A DNA stretch of 64,000 nt from Paraspadella gotoi (taxonomy: Eukaryota > Animalia > Chaetognatha): NCBI GenBank assembly GCA_051294375.1, contig CM119263.1:7984635-8048634 (forward strand), in the 5' to 3' direction. A program made the translations under genes and the position numbers. Each line of letters opens with the position of its first letter. Within the stretch, counting starts at the first letter, position 1. Under the pieces are notes generated by a model. That model was not told the DNA's origin. It saw only the letters and a program-made list of their open reading frames with translations, and did no database searches. Positions 1 to 34,975 of this stretch are shown here, one piece after another.

Positions 1-209
1 TTTCTCTTTGCGTTTGACAATCTTCCTTTCTAATAAAGTAAGTACTCTCTGACGTTTCGTCCTCTCTTCTTTCCTTTTATTTGTCTCGCTCTCTTTCGCT
101 CCTTTCCCGGTTCAGCCTTTACTCACCTTTTTCCCCCCTGATTTCCTCCTTCCGCCTAATTCGCGTCTCACTCTCCCCCCGCCCTCCCCCCTCCTCTTCC
201 TCTCTCAAG

Positions 210-802
210 TCTCCGCACGACGATGTTCGAGCGAATGTCGATGGGTCAACCGGAAGTGCTCGACATGGCGAGGAAGATCGCCGACGCCCTCTCCAGGCGG
301 CGGCTGCAGAGAATCACCATCGAGGAATTGGGGATGGAGTTTGGAAAGGTTGGGGAGTGGGGAGCGTGGCTTGAGGATTGTTAAAAAGTAAACAAAGANN
401 NNNNNNNNCTCTCTCTCTCTAGCATGAGACCCTTACGAAAAAACTTTGCGACGATCTCGATGCACAAATCAAAAAAGTCATGGACAATTTGGCGGACGTT
501 CAAAAGAAATCCATTCTACAGGTTCGCTTTCATATGTACATATATGTTATATAACTAACTTTCAGCACTTATCAGACGAAAAAACGTCACAGTATCATGA
601 ACGCCACTCACGACGTTAAAGATAACTGGGAGAAGAGAATGGATAAACTGGAATTTTTAAAGTGAATGAATAATAAAAATAATAAATAAAATAATAAAGA
701 AATAAAGAAATAAAGAAATAAAGAAATAAAGAAATAAATAAAGAAATAAAGAAATAAAGAAATAAAGAAATAAATAAATAAAGAAATAAAGAAATAAAGA
801 AA

Positions 803-833
<31 letters not shown>

Positions 834-1593
834 AGAAATAAAGAAATAAAGAAATAAAGAAATAAATGTTAGAAATGCTTTAAAGAGAAGATGATATTTA
901 TGACTGTCATTGCAGGAAAGAGATGCAGTTGGCTGTTGATACCGTCAAAGAGGAACACGTCAAACACGAGATCAAACTTCGAGAAAAAAAGTATAAAATG
1001 GAGACAGAAAAGGAGAATTGGATAGCGAAGTACGACAAGGTAAACAAGTGTTCTCAAGTTTCTTTTAAATAAAACTACAATGACAGCAATATTTAAATTC
1101 TACCCATGAAATTACCAATCCACGGCAACCGCTAGGATGTCGGAAACCTCCAGGACAAGTTCGACTTGATTTGGGTCGTCTACGCGGCGCAGAGGAAAAT
1201 CCTCGACGATCTGGAGGCGAGGTTCGCCGTGTTGGAAATCACCTACAACGAGTTGGTGGCGCAACGGGAGGCTGAGGAGGCGGAAAGGGTGAGCGGGGGT
1301 GGACACTGGACGGGGGGGGGGGTTTGGAGAGTCGAAAAGGGCAGCGACTAAAATTTAAGTAAGACAATGGATTTTCTAAATGTTTTTTTTTAACCTGACA
1401 ATCGGTGACGAAATTATTTTCATTGGTCGATCACGTGACTGTTTTTCCTCACCGTCGGCGCCAACTTTTCCAGACTCGTGCCAAACGTGAACTCTTGTCC
1501 ATGAACAAAGCGGCCATGATCATCCAAGCGTTCTGGAGGACGCGTGCCGTTCTCAAGCGGCTGCAGAGCAAGAAGAACAAGGGAAAGAAGTAA
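210..1593 (+). CDS. IQCD: IQ-motif coiled-coil dynein regulatory complex subunit (IQCD/DRC10-like), 5'-incomplete
   Basis: GT-AG exons 210-348, 423-521, 576-661, 916-1039, 1136-1288 and 1474-1593 splice in frame. They give ...LREKKYKMETEKENWIAKYDK... (cf. IQCD [20 protein letters not shown]), a C-terminal IQ motif AAMIIQAFWR and a lysine-rich tail. The start lies upstream of the window. Confidence 0.85.
665..866. repeat. (AAAT)n/(AAAGAAAT)n simple repeat in an IQCD intron
   Basis: Read directly from the sequence. Confidence 0.95.
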
Positions 1594-2215
1594 AGGAAGA
1601 ACAACAAAAACAAAAAAACAAAAAAAATGGGAGAAGTCCGGTAAAAGAAAGAAGCGCGAAAGAGAGGAGAAGTGAACATGAAAAAAAAAACGAAGAGAAA
1701 AAAAAATTTTCTAAGGTAGATTATGCGCAGTTTAAAATAAGTTTGTAGCTTATACAAAGTTTTTGAACTTATACTAATAGATATGAAGAAATGTTTAATC
1801 GTCCATAGGAGAACTTCAAATAGAATATCGATTTTGAAAGTATTAGTTTTAATTTATTCAGTATCATTCAACTTAAATATAACTTTATAAGCTAGTTATT
1901 TTTATCAACTTTTGATGCTTTCTATTTTTTTGTTTTTTTGGTTTGAGATTGTAGAGGGCGGGAAGTAGCGATAAAACAAGAAAATATAACAGATTGACAG
2001 TCGCGTGAGAGTTGCAACAACTAAACGAATTTCACTTTTTAAAAATATTCATGTTATTCATGAGCTATCAACCCGATACTTTTTCAACGTTTACTCACTA
2101 AATAACCGGCCACAGAGTCAATTACTGAGAGACGGAAATATTATAAGCTTTTATTTTATTGTATTTAATGTTTCGATAGGAATTTCGTATTTTATTTTTT
2201 AGGCTAATAAACTCA

Positions 2216-5200
2216 TTACGTACTACATAAAGTTTCCTTCAGAAAATTAGTGTTTTCCTCCTTCCCGGACCATGGACCCCAAACGTCTCCCCTTAACTTC
2301 GGATTAGCTCTTTGTACACTTGGTTTACTTCCCGATTTCACCGCCGTTGCGCGAATGACACTAACGTCACGCATCATCGACAAAAGAACATCGGGTTTTT
2401 CGACGGCCAGATTTTTCATTTCGCAGGGATCTGCAGCAATGTCGAAGAGGCAAGGGGTCTCTCCGGGACGACAGGGCACGCGGTCGACGTTGCCGCATTC
2501 AAGCCGGTGCACCAGTGGCTGGATCTCCTCTACACCGACTGCTTTTTTGACGGCGGATACGGAAAGGCGTCTTGTGGCAGAAACGTCGACAGCACTCTCC
2601 ATGCGGTCTCGAAACTTCGGATCCTCCAAGTCGCTGCCTGAGGCGTTGAGAAAGTTCTGTAGCACCATTTCCCGTTGTGTTGACGACGAGATAGAGTAAA
2701 GGTCGAATTTCTTCAGCATCTCGCGAATGCCCTCTTCCCACACTTCACCCGGGGCGTAATTGCCGTCCCAAATGGTGTGAACGTTTTCGCCAGAGATGAG
2801 CTTGTAGTTGTCTAGGAAACAAAGGAGAAACATCGATGAGTTTTGACATACAATAAAATGACAATCTTTACGGTTTAAACGCCATCACCGCATTGACCAT
2901 CTGTTTGATCGATGGCGATTTTAAGACGCACCAAAAAAAAAATGACAGTCAATTAATTACCTTTCCTGTAGGCGTAGAAATTATCGGAGTCGTCAATATT
3001 GTGCACAATCGAAGACCTCGTCTTCTCATCTCCCTTTTCCCTTTCACTCCATTTTCCCCCGGAAGAAATGGCCTTCCATTGGTCGAACCCATCGATGTCT
3101 TGTGGCTTCCGATTGGATTCACCGACGGCGGAGAGGATCGTGGGCAGCCAGTCGGAACCGTGCATCAAACCGTCGTGCATTCGGCCGCCATTTTGAATTT
3201 TGGGCGACCATACAAAGCCAGAGGCGCGAAGACCCCCTTCCCACGTGGTCGCCTTGACTCCGCGAAGGGGGTAATTGGACGCGGCATTCAACATATAGCC
3301 CGCGGCCGCGCCGCCGTTGTCTGGTGGAAAAAGTTCTCCTTAATCATCAAAATGAGGCAAGATTTGTAGTTGTGATTGAAAATATATTCAACCTGTGGTA
3401 AAGACTATGAGCGTGTCCTTCAACATGTCAGCTTTTTCCAAAGCAAGCACCACTTCGCCCACCGAGTGGTCCACCGCCGCCATCATCGCTGCGTAAACCT
3501 GACGCGTCTTTGGCGTCACGTGACGAACCTGATCCACGTAACGCTTGGGGGCTTGGAGAGGGGAAAATGCGTTGCCGGCGTGAGGGGCTTGATGAGCCAG
3601 CTTAAAAGGGAAGTTTTATTTTTGAACAGGTTTTAGAAAAAAATTAAAATAAAATAAAAAATGATCTAACCTGCAAAAATAGGGGCGAATTTCCTCGCCA
3701 GTTTTTGTGATTTTGAATAACGTTGACGGCCTTCTCGGTGAAAATGTCCGTGGCGTAGGCCCCTTGGAATTCTCGAGCAGCCGTCAAGTTCCGGTGGAGA
3801 TCAAGACCGAGCATCCCGTCCTCCACCGTGGTGTGGTCCCAAAAGTCTCCCTTTCCTGAATATAACCGTTTATATTATCATTATATTATATTATTATTAT
3901 TATTATTATTATATTATATTATTATATTATATTATTTTATCATTATATTATTATTAATCGAGCATTTGGAGACCACAAAGAAATACCAAATCAGACCTGA
4001 GTATATTCCAAAATGCTCATCGTAGCCCCTGAAGGTTGGAGTGTATTCTTTTTGATAAAAGCCCAAATGCCACTTTCCGACGAGATGCGTTGAGTATCCA
4101 ATTTGCTTTAAGTATTGCGGCAACAGTTTTTCTTTCAATGGCAATCCCCATGGTGCGGCGGCGCGAACAACGTCATGTTGCATACCTGGGAAAAGTAGTT
4201 ACTTCTTAGTTTGAACTATTAGGCAAAATTAATTAATTTAAAAATAAACTATTTGAAATAAGAAGAACTCAAGTAAGGAACCAGTTTGTAATTATCTGTC
4301 TGAGAGGGGTTGAATATCCATATAAATATGAATTATTATTATTATGAATATAATTTTTTTTGAAAAATTACTTATTTCCTATGATTGCAACTGCTTGCCT
4401 TTTGTTTTTCCCTGCGAGAAAAAACCTGTCTGACTGATCGAACAAAAATTTCAGTGAGGACTGATTTGCCAGCTGGGTTATGATAAAGCAGCAAGGACCT
4501 AACTTTGGTCAAACGACCATCGATCTGCCCGCATGGCCATCATCCAAAACCTGTTTTTATCCCTACGATCTGACCCTCCGTAATCTCAGAATCTCCGTTC
4601 TATAATCGGAATACTATTTACGAATAAATCGAACAGAAAATGCTGCAAATTGAATAAATTATAGTAAATGCGCAATAATAATCGTAAACAAACAAACAAA
4701 CAGTGAACCGCAAAAAATTTAAAAACCACTTATTCTTCGAGATAATACGATGGAATCGTCACGTTCTTCTTCGTCCTCCCCTGCGGCTCTCCCGGCGCTC
4801 TCGGCGCTCTCTCGTCAGTCTTCGTCAGCGCCGAACTTCCTCTACTTCTCGGCCTTTGTCGCCTGTTTGGCGTCGTTGAGCAACGGGATGTGCATCGGGT
4901 TCACGTCACCCGCCTTCCCAAAAATGCGCCAGGAGGGGATCACAACCGACGATGAAAACTCTTGGTTCGCTGCGCTGTTGCCGTTGGCGGCCATGGCCGG
5001 GGCGTTGTCGGCGGGATGGTTGGTGGACGTCGCGGGCCGGCGTCGCTGCATCCTCGCCACCAGCCTTCCCTTCGTCCTGGGTTGGGTGATGGTGGCGGGA
5101 AGCGCGCGCGCCGCCGACTCCGCCATCGATGCAGAAACTGGCAAGCTCGTACTGCTTTATCTCGGCCGGATCCTGACCGGCTGGGCCACGGGAGCCGGGA

Positions 5201-7944
5201 CCATCTGCGTCCCTACCTATTTGGCCGAGATCGCTCCGAAAAATAAGCGCGGTCGCATTGGGTCCTTGAACCAGTTGTTCATCACGCTGGGCGTGGAGCT
5301 GGTTTACCTCTTGGGATACGCGCTTTCTTCGTGGGAGTGGCTGGCCATATTCTCGGCCGTGCCCGCCACGTTTACCGGCATCCTAATGCTGTTTTGTCCG
5401 GAATCTCCTCGATGGCTCATCGCGCAGAATCGCGATTCGGACGCGTTGGAGGCAAGGATTTTTCGGGGGAGCAGTTGGTCACGGATGATGAATCAGATAC
5501 TAGCTATTGTTGGCTTGTTGCATGATGGCCAGTTTACTGATTTAATCAATTGATGATTATAGATTTGGCCGTTACTTTTAGTTGTATGAATGAAGGTTGT
5601 TCTAGTGACGTCGTCGCTCTTTAATCACGAAATTGTGCTTTTTTTTTTTTTAGCCACACTAGGTGTATCACATTTTTACATCTAACCCTCTCCCCCAGGT
5701 CCTTTCTCGAATTCGCCACGGTCGTTGGGACATTCTCGAAGAGGCCAAGGAAACTCGCGAGGCTCTCAACGATAATTCCGTCCAGATGGCACCAATGTGG
5801 AGGCGATTCGGCCGACGAGAGGTTTGGCTTCCGCTTCTCGTCTCCCTCGGCCTCATGGTCTTCCAACAGTTCTCGGGCATCAACGTCTTCATCTTCAATT
5901 CCAACGACATCTTTGCCGCGTCGGGATTCAGCGATTCCGGAGCTGCAATGTGTATTCTCGGCGCCGTCAACTTCGTCGCAACCGTCCTTTCCGTTGCGGT
6001 CATCGATCGCTGGGGACGCCGGGCGCTGCTCAACTTCGGCGGGGTGGGCATGATCGTTGCTCTCGTCGTCGCCGGCGTCGCGGACTACTTGACGGCGAAT
6101 CTCAGCGTGCTCTCACTGGTGTCGCTGCTGGTCTTCATCGTGAGCTTCGCAATCGGCTTCGGACCCATACCTTGGCTGATGATGTCGGAGGTGAGAGGCG
6201 TTCGTGATCATGGCTTCCATCTACATGCTACTACGTTATTACCCTAACCCTAAACCCTCTTAACCCTAACCACCTCTAACCCTAAACCACCTCTAAACCA
6301 CCCTTAACCCTAACCCCTCCCTAACCCCGGTCGGCGAAAGTAAAATTAACCCACTTTTAGGATCTATGTCCATGACGAGTAGGGCACACCTGAAGATGAG
6401 ATATTATCTGAATCACCTTTTTCTATGTATTTTATGTGCAAGATCTGATTTAACTTGGATTCGCAGGTTTTTCCGAATCAATGGCGCGGCTTCGCCTCCG
6501 CTGTGGCATCGGTTGTCAACTGGGTTTGCTGTTTTGTTGTCACAAAAACTTACCAGGTTCGGACACACCACAAGACCCTACCTACTATTTTGTGTTATGT
6601 TACTTGTAGAATCTTTCCTCACGAATTTCCCCCCCCCTTCTTTTTTTCAACTAGAATCTCAAATCGTCCATACATTCCTATGGTGTCTACTGGTTCTACG
6701 CCTGTTGGACCCTCGTCGGATTCATCTTCACTTTGACTCTGGTGCCGGAAACAAAGAACGTTTCCTTGGAGGAAATCGAACGAAATTTCCAGCGAGGTTC
6801 CATCTTCCAGATCGATTGCGCCGTTGTCAAGCGTAATCGGCGAAGGGCCGATTATGACCCTATCGCATGATCCTTTTCTAATATTACGACCTATGGAGTT
6901 TCAATATCGCCCACAAACAAGTTTACTTTCACAGTGTAATTTTCGTACAATTTTTCCATATTTTAGAACATCTGTTGAACATAAATAATATATGTTTATG
7001 GTATGACTTTTTTAAAAAAAATTATATTGTTTGAAGCAAAAAAATTATTCCACATTTATGTCATCATCAGTGGTAAACAACTAACAGAGAAAAAATTGTT
7101 TATTGTATATAATAAACAATGTCCATTAATTTCTGGTAGTGGCGGTTGTAGTTTAGTTTCTTTTTTATTAGTTAGCGGTTTTGTTTTTGTACACTGTAAT
7201 TGATGACACTGATTGATGACACTTTTATAATTTTTCATTTCTTTTTTTTTGCGGTTTACCGATTTAATAAACAGTAATTATGTGGTAAAATCCATATTAT
7301 AAAAATTTTAACGTAAGTTCATCTGTTTTATTTACAGTAGTTCTAGACATCGAATATTTACCTTTATAGTTTAGTATTTACAACGGCCTATATCACCTGT
7401 GGTGCTCGGGGCGCGGGCCACCTCACCGGTGGCTGTATTAGAGGCTTCATGCCATGGCAACGGGGAGATATGTGTGATGCGATTGACCATTTATACTATT
7501 TACAGATTTCCCTTTTTGTAAGGAATTTTCTCACAAAACGATCCCGATCGCCCGTTTGTCACCTGTGTGAATCGCGTATTTTCCGGTGAGCATCTCGCTC
7601 CGTGACGGCGAACAGACCGGCGCTAAGTAATAGTTGCCCAAGACGACGCCGGTTGACGCCAACGCGTCGATGTTCGGGGTCGGAATTTCGCTGCCGTGGA
7701 ATCCCACGTCGGCCCACCCCATATCGTCGGCGATGATGAGGACGACGTGTTTGGGGTGTTGTTTAGGACACTCGGCGGCGTTGACTTTCTCAGTGGCAGG
7801 GGGGACTGCTTCGACGATCTCTTCCTCTGCCTGTAGATCTGACAGATCCAACAGATCGTCAAGCACGTGGACTGGAGTCCCACTCGAAGTGGACGAGAAA
7901 AAAATGGCCAACGCCAAGCTCAACACAAAGCGCAAGACCAGCAT
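2216..7944 (-). CDS. ARSB: Arylsulfatase B-like sulfatase (secreted/lysosomal)
   Basis: Exon 1 (7563-7944) has a signal peptide, ADDMGW and the formylglycine motif [11 protein letters not shown]. Downstream exons (~4000-4185, ~3671-3856, ~3392-3600, ~2960-3321, 2216-~2811) carry [26 protein letters not shown] and [11 protein letters not shown]. Intron 1 spans 4186-7562. Confidence 0.92.
4750..6870 (+). CDS. MFS sugar porter, Tret1/GLUT8 (SLC2A8)-like, nested antisense in arylsulfatase intron 1
   Basis: Exons 4750-5451, 5699-6190, 6467-6556 and 6655-6870. Sugar-porter motifs: D-x-x-[51 protein letters not shown]. Stop TGA at 6868-6870. Intron 1 uses a GC donor. Confidence 0.93.
6240..6352. 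repeat. Telomere-like (CCCTAA) tract plus a 25-bp terminal motif; partial inverted copy of the element at 8115-8305
   Basis: Degenerate CCCTAA repeats at 6240-6327 are followed by CGGTCGGCGAAAGTAAAATTAAC, the reverse complement of 8118-8140. Confidence 0.7.
7374..7480 (-). mobile_element. Degenerate fragments of the TGTGGCAGC...GTTGCCATA element family
   Basis: CGGGGCGCGGG-x3-CTCACC and ATGGCAACGGGGAGATA match the terminal ~70 bp of the copies at 13292 and 54089. Confidence 0.55.
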
Positions 7945-8114
7945 TCTTATTTTTCGGAAGAAGATTCGATTAATCTCGAACGGGGGATCTTTTTAAGGAA
8001 AGGGAAACGTTTATGAAACTTGTTTTACGACTTGGACCTAGAACAGGACCATTTTCTGGGTGGAGTATTAAGAAAAATCGATTAACGATTAATGATTTTA
8101 CTTGATTCTAAATT

Positions 8115-8305
8115 AGAGTTAATTTTACTTTCGCCGACCGTGATTAGGAGTGGTTGAGAGTTAGGAGTGGGTACTGGGTTGGGTTAAGAGGGTTTAGAGT
8201 TAGGGTAATAGGGCAATAATTTTTAAAAAATATTTAAAAAAAAAAAAATTTAAGTGGTTTTTTAAGACCCCAAAGCCCCGGTCGGAAAAAGAAAAATTTT
8301 ACCCT
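8115..8305. mobile_element. MITE-like element with ~26-bp imperfect TIRs and an internal TTAGGG-like tract
   Basis: Left arm AGAGTTAATTTTACTTTCGCCGACCG (8115-8140); right arm CGGTCGGAAAAAGAAAAATTTTACCCT (8279-8305); internal TTAGGAG/TTAGGG-like repeats. No clear TSD. Confidence 0.55.
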
Positions 8306-10152
8306 AAAAATTTTACCCTAAATTACAAAAATTACAAAAATATTCCTTCCAATTTTTGGTAAATCATCACACTCGCTGCCAAAAATTTTGCCGTAATAAT
8401 ATGTAAGATAATGAACTAAAAACAAAAAAGTCAAAAAATTAAGCGTGGGTTTAATTCTTTTCAATTTTTACTCAATTAAATTTATATTGTATATTGTCGA
8501 CAAGCGAATTGGAGATTCAAATCAAATAAATTTCTTTTTGGCGATTAAAATGGTTATCGCGCGTCATGCAATAGACAAAAGTTGAGGACAAAATTGACTT
8601 TTGAAGAAATGAATGATTTTTTAAAAATATTTGACATTATATAGTCACACGAAAAATCCATTTAATATGTCAATACTCAATATGTTCGAGATCTAAGGGC
8701 TCTTGTCTTGAGTTGCTTGATGGACGCGCTCGATTTAATAAGTAAATTTGGCAGGTCACTTCAGAGATTGGAGATTTGCTCAGTTGCGATTTCCTTGAAC
8801 TTAAGTATGGAGGAAAGTTCAAACCTGATAATATTTTTGGTTTTCTTTTTCATATGATTCTATTAGCTATATATAGAGTTAAAAATGTTTTTGTTTTTTT
8901 CTGCCACACTAATTTCTAGTTATTCTCTGTTGTCTTTTTTTTTCTACGCTGCCTGTTTCCTTCGTTTTTCTTCTCAATTACGTACTGCTACTATAATAAT
9001 AATAATAATAATAGCTGTAAGGGGGGATGGTGTTCGTGACCCCTCTATTCCAAGACGATCGTGTACAGTTTCGGGGCCGTATTTTCGTGAGATGCGGCTG
9101 CGGATGCGCTCAGATTTGAAGGAGAGATTGGGAGAAGTGGAGATTCGGGATTAGCGATTATCAGCCAGTTTGCGATCTTTAGTCGAGTTCACCACTTTGG
9201 AGACCCTCGTCACAAACAATTAAGTCGTTGATTTGATTTAATTAATTTTATATTAACGACTTGAAAAGTCAATAACCAAGGCAAAAAGGGTTCAACGTTT
9301 CATCAGCGTATTACAAATATTCAAAACGATAATAAACGGACGATATAAGAAGGTACAACGAGGTTAAAATGTAGTCAATACTTTGGACGTCGATTAAAAA
9401 AAGAGAAAAAACGCGGTTATAGATCTTGGCTTGAGATTCGAATGAGAGAAACTTCACAATGTAAGGAGAAGAAAACGTCAACCGACGACGACGACTGAGG
9501 CTTCACCGTAGTTCGGTGAAAGGATTCTTTGTGACTGAGGTTATCTTGATGACCGAGGTATAGAACTATTTGTCACGGATCCGTCTTATCCATGATACAG
9601 TGTCAACGTTGTCATGGATGGTTTTGGCATCAACAGTCACAAAGCAACAGAACACATTGTACAATGTACAATGTACATGCCAGTTAACAGTTTTTGATCT
9701 GTCTATCCTACTGTCTCTCTCTATCTCTCTCCCTCTCCCCACCTTCCTCTCTTTCCCTCTTATGACTCTCCTCGCATTTTCTTATCCTCAAGTTAAGTAA
9801 ATTCATTTTTTATCTCAACCACTTGGCTTTGGAGACTAAAAGTAGAAACATTTCTCGTTTTTCTGTTTGTTCTTTTAAAACGTTCTGCTTGGATAAATAC
9901 AGAACTAATCGTCGCAAAAAGTCTAAATTTATCAGTCTACATATTTTAGGTCACACAACATATGGACACCCGTGTCAGGTATACCATATATAATTTTTCT
10001 GTGAAATTGGTACAACCAATATATATAATTTTTATTTTTATTCAAAAACATAAATTAAAATTCATCTATTTACTCACAATCATTTACAAAACAAAGGAGA
10101 TAAAAAGATGCACACCCAATAGCGACTATTAATTAACCCTTATCTCCTTTTT

Positions 10153-14512
<4,360 letters not shown>

Positions 14513-15904
14513 TCAATGATACTTCATGTTTTTATTTTGATAACTGAATTTTTTTTCGAAAAAAATGGTTTTTCAAACAAATATTTCGCGCTTTTCGATT
14601 TTGCTAACTATTTTAGGGGCTTTTTATCAACTTGGCACTTAATTTAAAATAAAAATTTGACGAGTCGATCGAAAAAAAAAGAAAGAAAAAACACAGCAGA
14701 AAATGTCAAAGTTTAAAAACGTTTTATTCCACAAACCAGTATCGCGAATACATTGAGCTTTTATTTCGGACCGGTTTCGGCGATACGTCAATTATGCCCA
14801 AAGTCACACACTTTTGAGAATTAACCTAACGCGCGAAATTATCTTATCAAATAAAAGTCGAAAAATTATCAAATTTTGACGAACGCTTGAAAACTCCTGA
14901 TTTTAATGAAATCGTCGTTTGCATTCGGATTCTCATTATTTGGAATCAATCGTCAAGGGAGAGAGAGAGGGAGATAAATATAAAGATAAAGAGATAAAGA
15001 TAAAGAGAGAGAGAGAGAGAGAGAGAGACTTGACCACCGAAGATGTCATGTGTCCTGAAACTGCACCCAGCGTCCTTTTAATTCATAAAACGAATTTGTA
15101 GCGGTTGATACAAAGACACTTTACGGATGGTCTTACATCGCGCTGTTCAAAAACCCATTCTTGATGCCTTCGTTCGATTTTCCCAGTTCACCTTTGTCTC
15201 ATGTATATCGTATAGTTATTTTTTAACCTTTAGTCAGAAAACAAAAAAAAATTAACTTGTGAACTGTAAATTACATCGTTCATACTTCTAGTATTCATTC
15301 ATTTTATTTTCTTCCTATTTAAAAGGGATTAATTTGTTTAAACAAAATGTTTTGACATGTTTCAAATATATTCACAATCAATACCAAAGAAAAATATTGT
15401 GTAAAAAAAACTAAGTTAATTTTGACAGAAAGACATCGAGTGTTTCAAACTTTTAAAACAGTGAAAAATATCAACTAACAATATAATTGTTAAAGCGTGA
15501 GAATACATTGGAGTTTGGCACAGCTTTGGTTTTTCAAAAGCCAGATAATTTATTCTTAATAATTTTTTTATAACCTTTTTTTTCAGTGGCGCGAACTTCT
15601 TTCCCGGATCCCAATTAGTCACGGTTTAGAATTGGTTTTCTATGTTTCGTTTTTTCGTTTTCATTTCAACTTATTGATCGATGACGCTTTTTTATTTTTC
15701 ATTTGGTCATTTTTTTGATGTTTCCTGTCGCTTCCATAATTTTCACTTTTCGAATTCACCGGGCAGATTGTCGATCGGAATCGTTTTCCGGCATTCATCG
15801 CTCCCGATTTCCAAAACAAATGAGCATCGACTAATTTTTGAAACGAGAAAAAAGGAAAAACTTTAAATGAGCGAAATCTGGGTAGCTGTGAGAGAAAGAG
15901 AGAG

Positions 15905-15943
<39 letters not shown>

Positions 15944-15979
15944 GAGAGAGAGAGAGAGAGAGATGTGAGGTCCGCTTAC

Positions 15980-33176
<17,197 letters not shown>

Positions 33177-33239
33177 TTCCGATCTTTAAAATAAACGGTA
33201 AACAGAAAACGAAAAATTAAACCATTTTGGAATTAAAAT

Positions 33240-33375
33240 TAGATTAGTTCTTAGGTTTAGGTTAAAGATTAGATTAGGGATTAGGTTAAGCATTTGGTTT
33301 GGAATAAGGTTGAGAATTAGGGTTAGTGACTAAGGTTTAGGCTTAGAGGTTAGGATTAGAGGATTAAGGAATGGA
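33240..33375. repeat. Degenerate TTAGG(G)-like tract just upstream of the RGS22-like start codon
   Basis: TTAGGT/TTAGAT/TTAGGG variants in tandem. Confidence 0.7.
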
Positions 33376-34820
33376 ATTGGGACACTTTCGGAAAATAGTG
33401 CTACAATTCTTTTTTGCCCGGCCGACAGACCGACCAGGTTCAAAACGTTTTGTAACCTGTTTCGATCCAAGTGAGATTGTGATACGGATGATGATGATGA
33501 TATCCTGAGCGGAGTCACTTAGTTTCTTTTTTTTATTACTTTTTTTTGTGCCAAGTTTGTGAGACAACATTGATTTGTTTCGTTGTTTACACACAATACG
33601 ACCTAATACTACAGTTCAATCTTCGAATTTCGTTGTTTATCTTTTTTTTATAAATGTTTACGAAAAGTTTATCGAGTTTCATACTTTATACATTAAAACT
33701 ACTGGGTTTGCTAAGGCCTTGCCAGAAAACCGTGATTCGCAAAATAGTGAAATTTTTCAATGTATTTTTTGTTTTTGTTTTTGTTTTGTTTTGGTGAACG
33801 AAAAACATTTATCGTCGTCGTCGTGGTCGTCGTCCCCGACAGTGTCGGCAGCGTCGGCAGCGTCGGCGGCGATGGGGAAAGGGGAAGGATGGATTCCTCA
33901 CGTCACCATATTTCACTGAGTCGTCGATTAAACCTAAATTGAGCTCCGCGTGGGAGGCGGGGTTCGTTCACCCTTTCGAAAAACTCGACCGCCATTTTCC
34001 CAGGGTTTTTTTTTTGTTTGGATTTTTGTCGACTAAATTAACTTTTTCAGACTGAAAAAAAAATATCCTGAAGAAAATAAAATAACGAAATAAATTTTCA
34101 TTCAAAAAAATTGATAAAAGCAAAAAACAACTAAATCGACAATTTTTTTTTTTTTTTTGAAAAAATCAGAATCTGAAATCGAAGACAACAAAAGAGAAAC
34201 GAAAAAAGACAAAAATATCAAGATTACTTCACCATCACGAATACAAATCCATTTCGTCGTTAACATATAAAGAAACTCTGATTTTTTTTTTGTCCAGAAA
34301 GAACGATCGTCGTCGTTGTCGTCGTCGTTGTCGTCGTCGTCGTCTTCCCAAAGGAAATTTCAGGAAATGTATTAGATCTCTAATCAAGACGAATATTCTT
34401 CTCATCCCCAACGAGTAAATAAGAATTTGGCACGAAAGATCTTTTTTTTTAACCGTCGGCTTCCCGTTTGAAATTGTTCTTTATTCGGTTTCAATCAATT
34501 TGCATTACCAGGTCTCCATCCTGGGAGGCACGCTGTTTTCATAAAATAAAAAAAAATAGAATAGAAAAAAAAAAACTTTGATGTCAAACGAAGTTAAATT
34601 GAATTCAATCGAAGTTGAATATTTAAAAGGGAGGATCCCACATCAAAACCAAACGCGACACTTCTCGACCGCTCCATCTCCAGATCTGTCATAATATCAA
34701 AATTTGTTTTGACCAGAATAACGAATGATAAAATTAAACAAAAAAAAGTGACATATTTACGATTACGAAAGAGAGAAGAGAGAAGCGCGAAGCTTGAGTT
34801 CTGATATCAAGTTTTTTTTG

Positions 34821-34975
34821 GTTTTCATTGGTTTTGTTTATAAGTTGGCCATTTTTTTATCTTGTTTTCATTGGTTTTGTTTATAAGTTGGCCATTTTTT
34901 TATCTTGTTTTCATTGGTTTTGTTTATAAGTTGGCCATTTTTTTATCTTGTTTTCATTGGTTTTGTTTATAAGTT
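34821..34975. repeat. ~44-bp minisatellite, about 3.5 copies
   Basis: GTTTTCATTGGTTTTGTTTATAAGTTGGCCATTTTTTTATCTT is repeated in tandem. Confidence 0.9.

Noticed and set aside
9016-9214. Solo LTR (TGTAAGGGG...CCCTCGTCACA)
   Set aside because: It has TGT...ACA ends and elevated GC, but no TSD and no second copy in the window. Left uncalled.
33240-33375. Chromosome end or true telomere
   Set aside because: The tract is short, highly degenerate and interstitial, flanked by genes on both sides.
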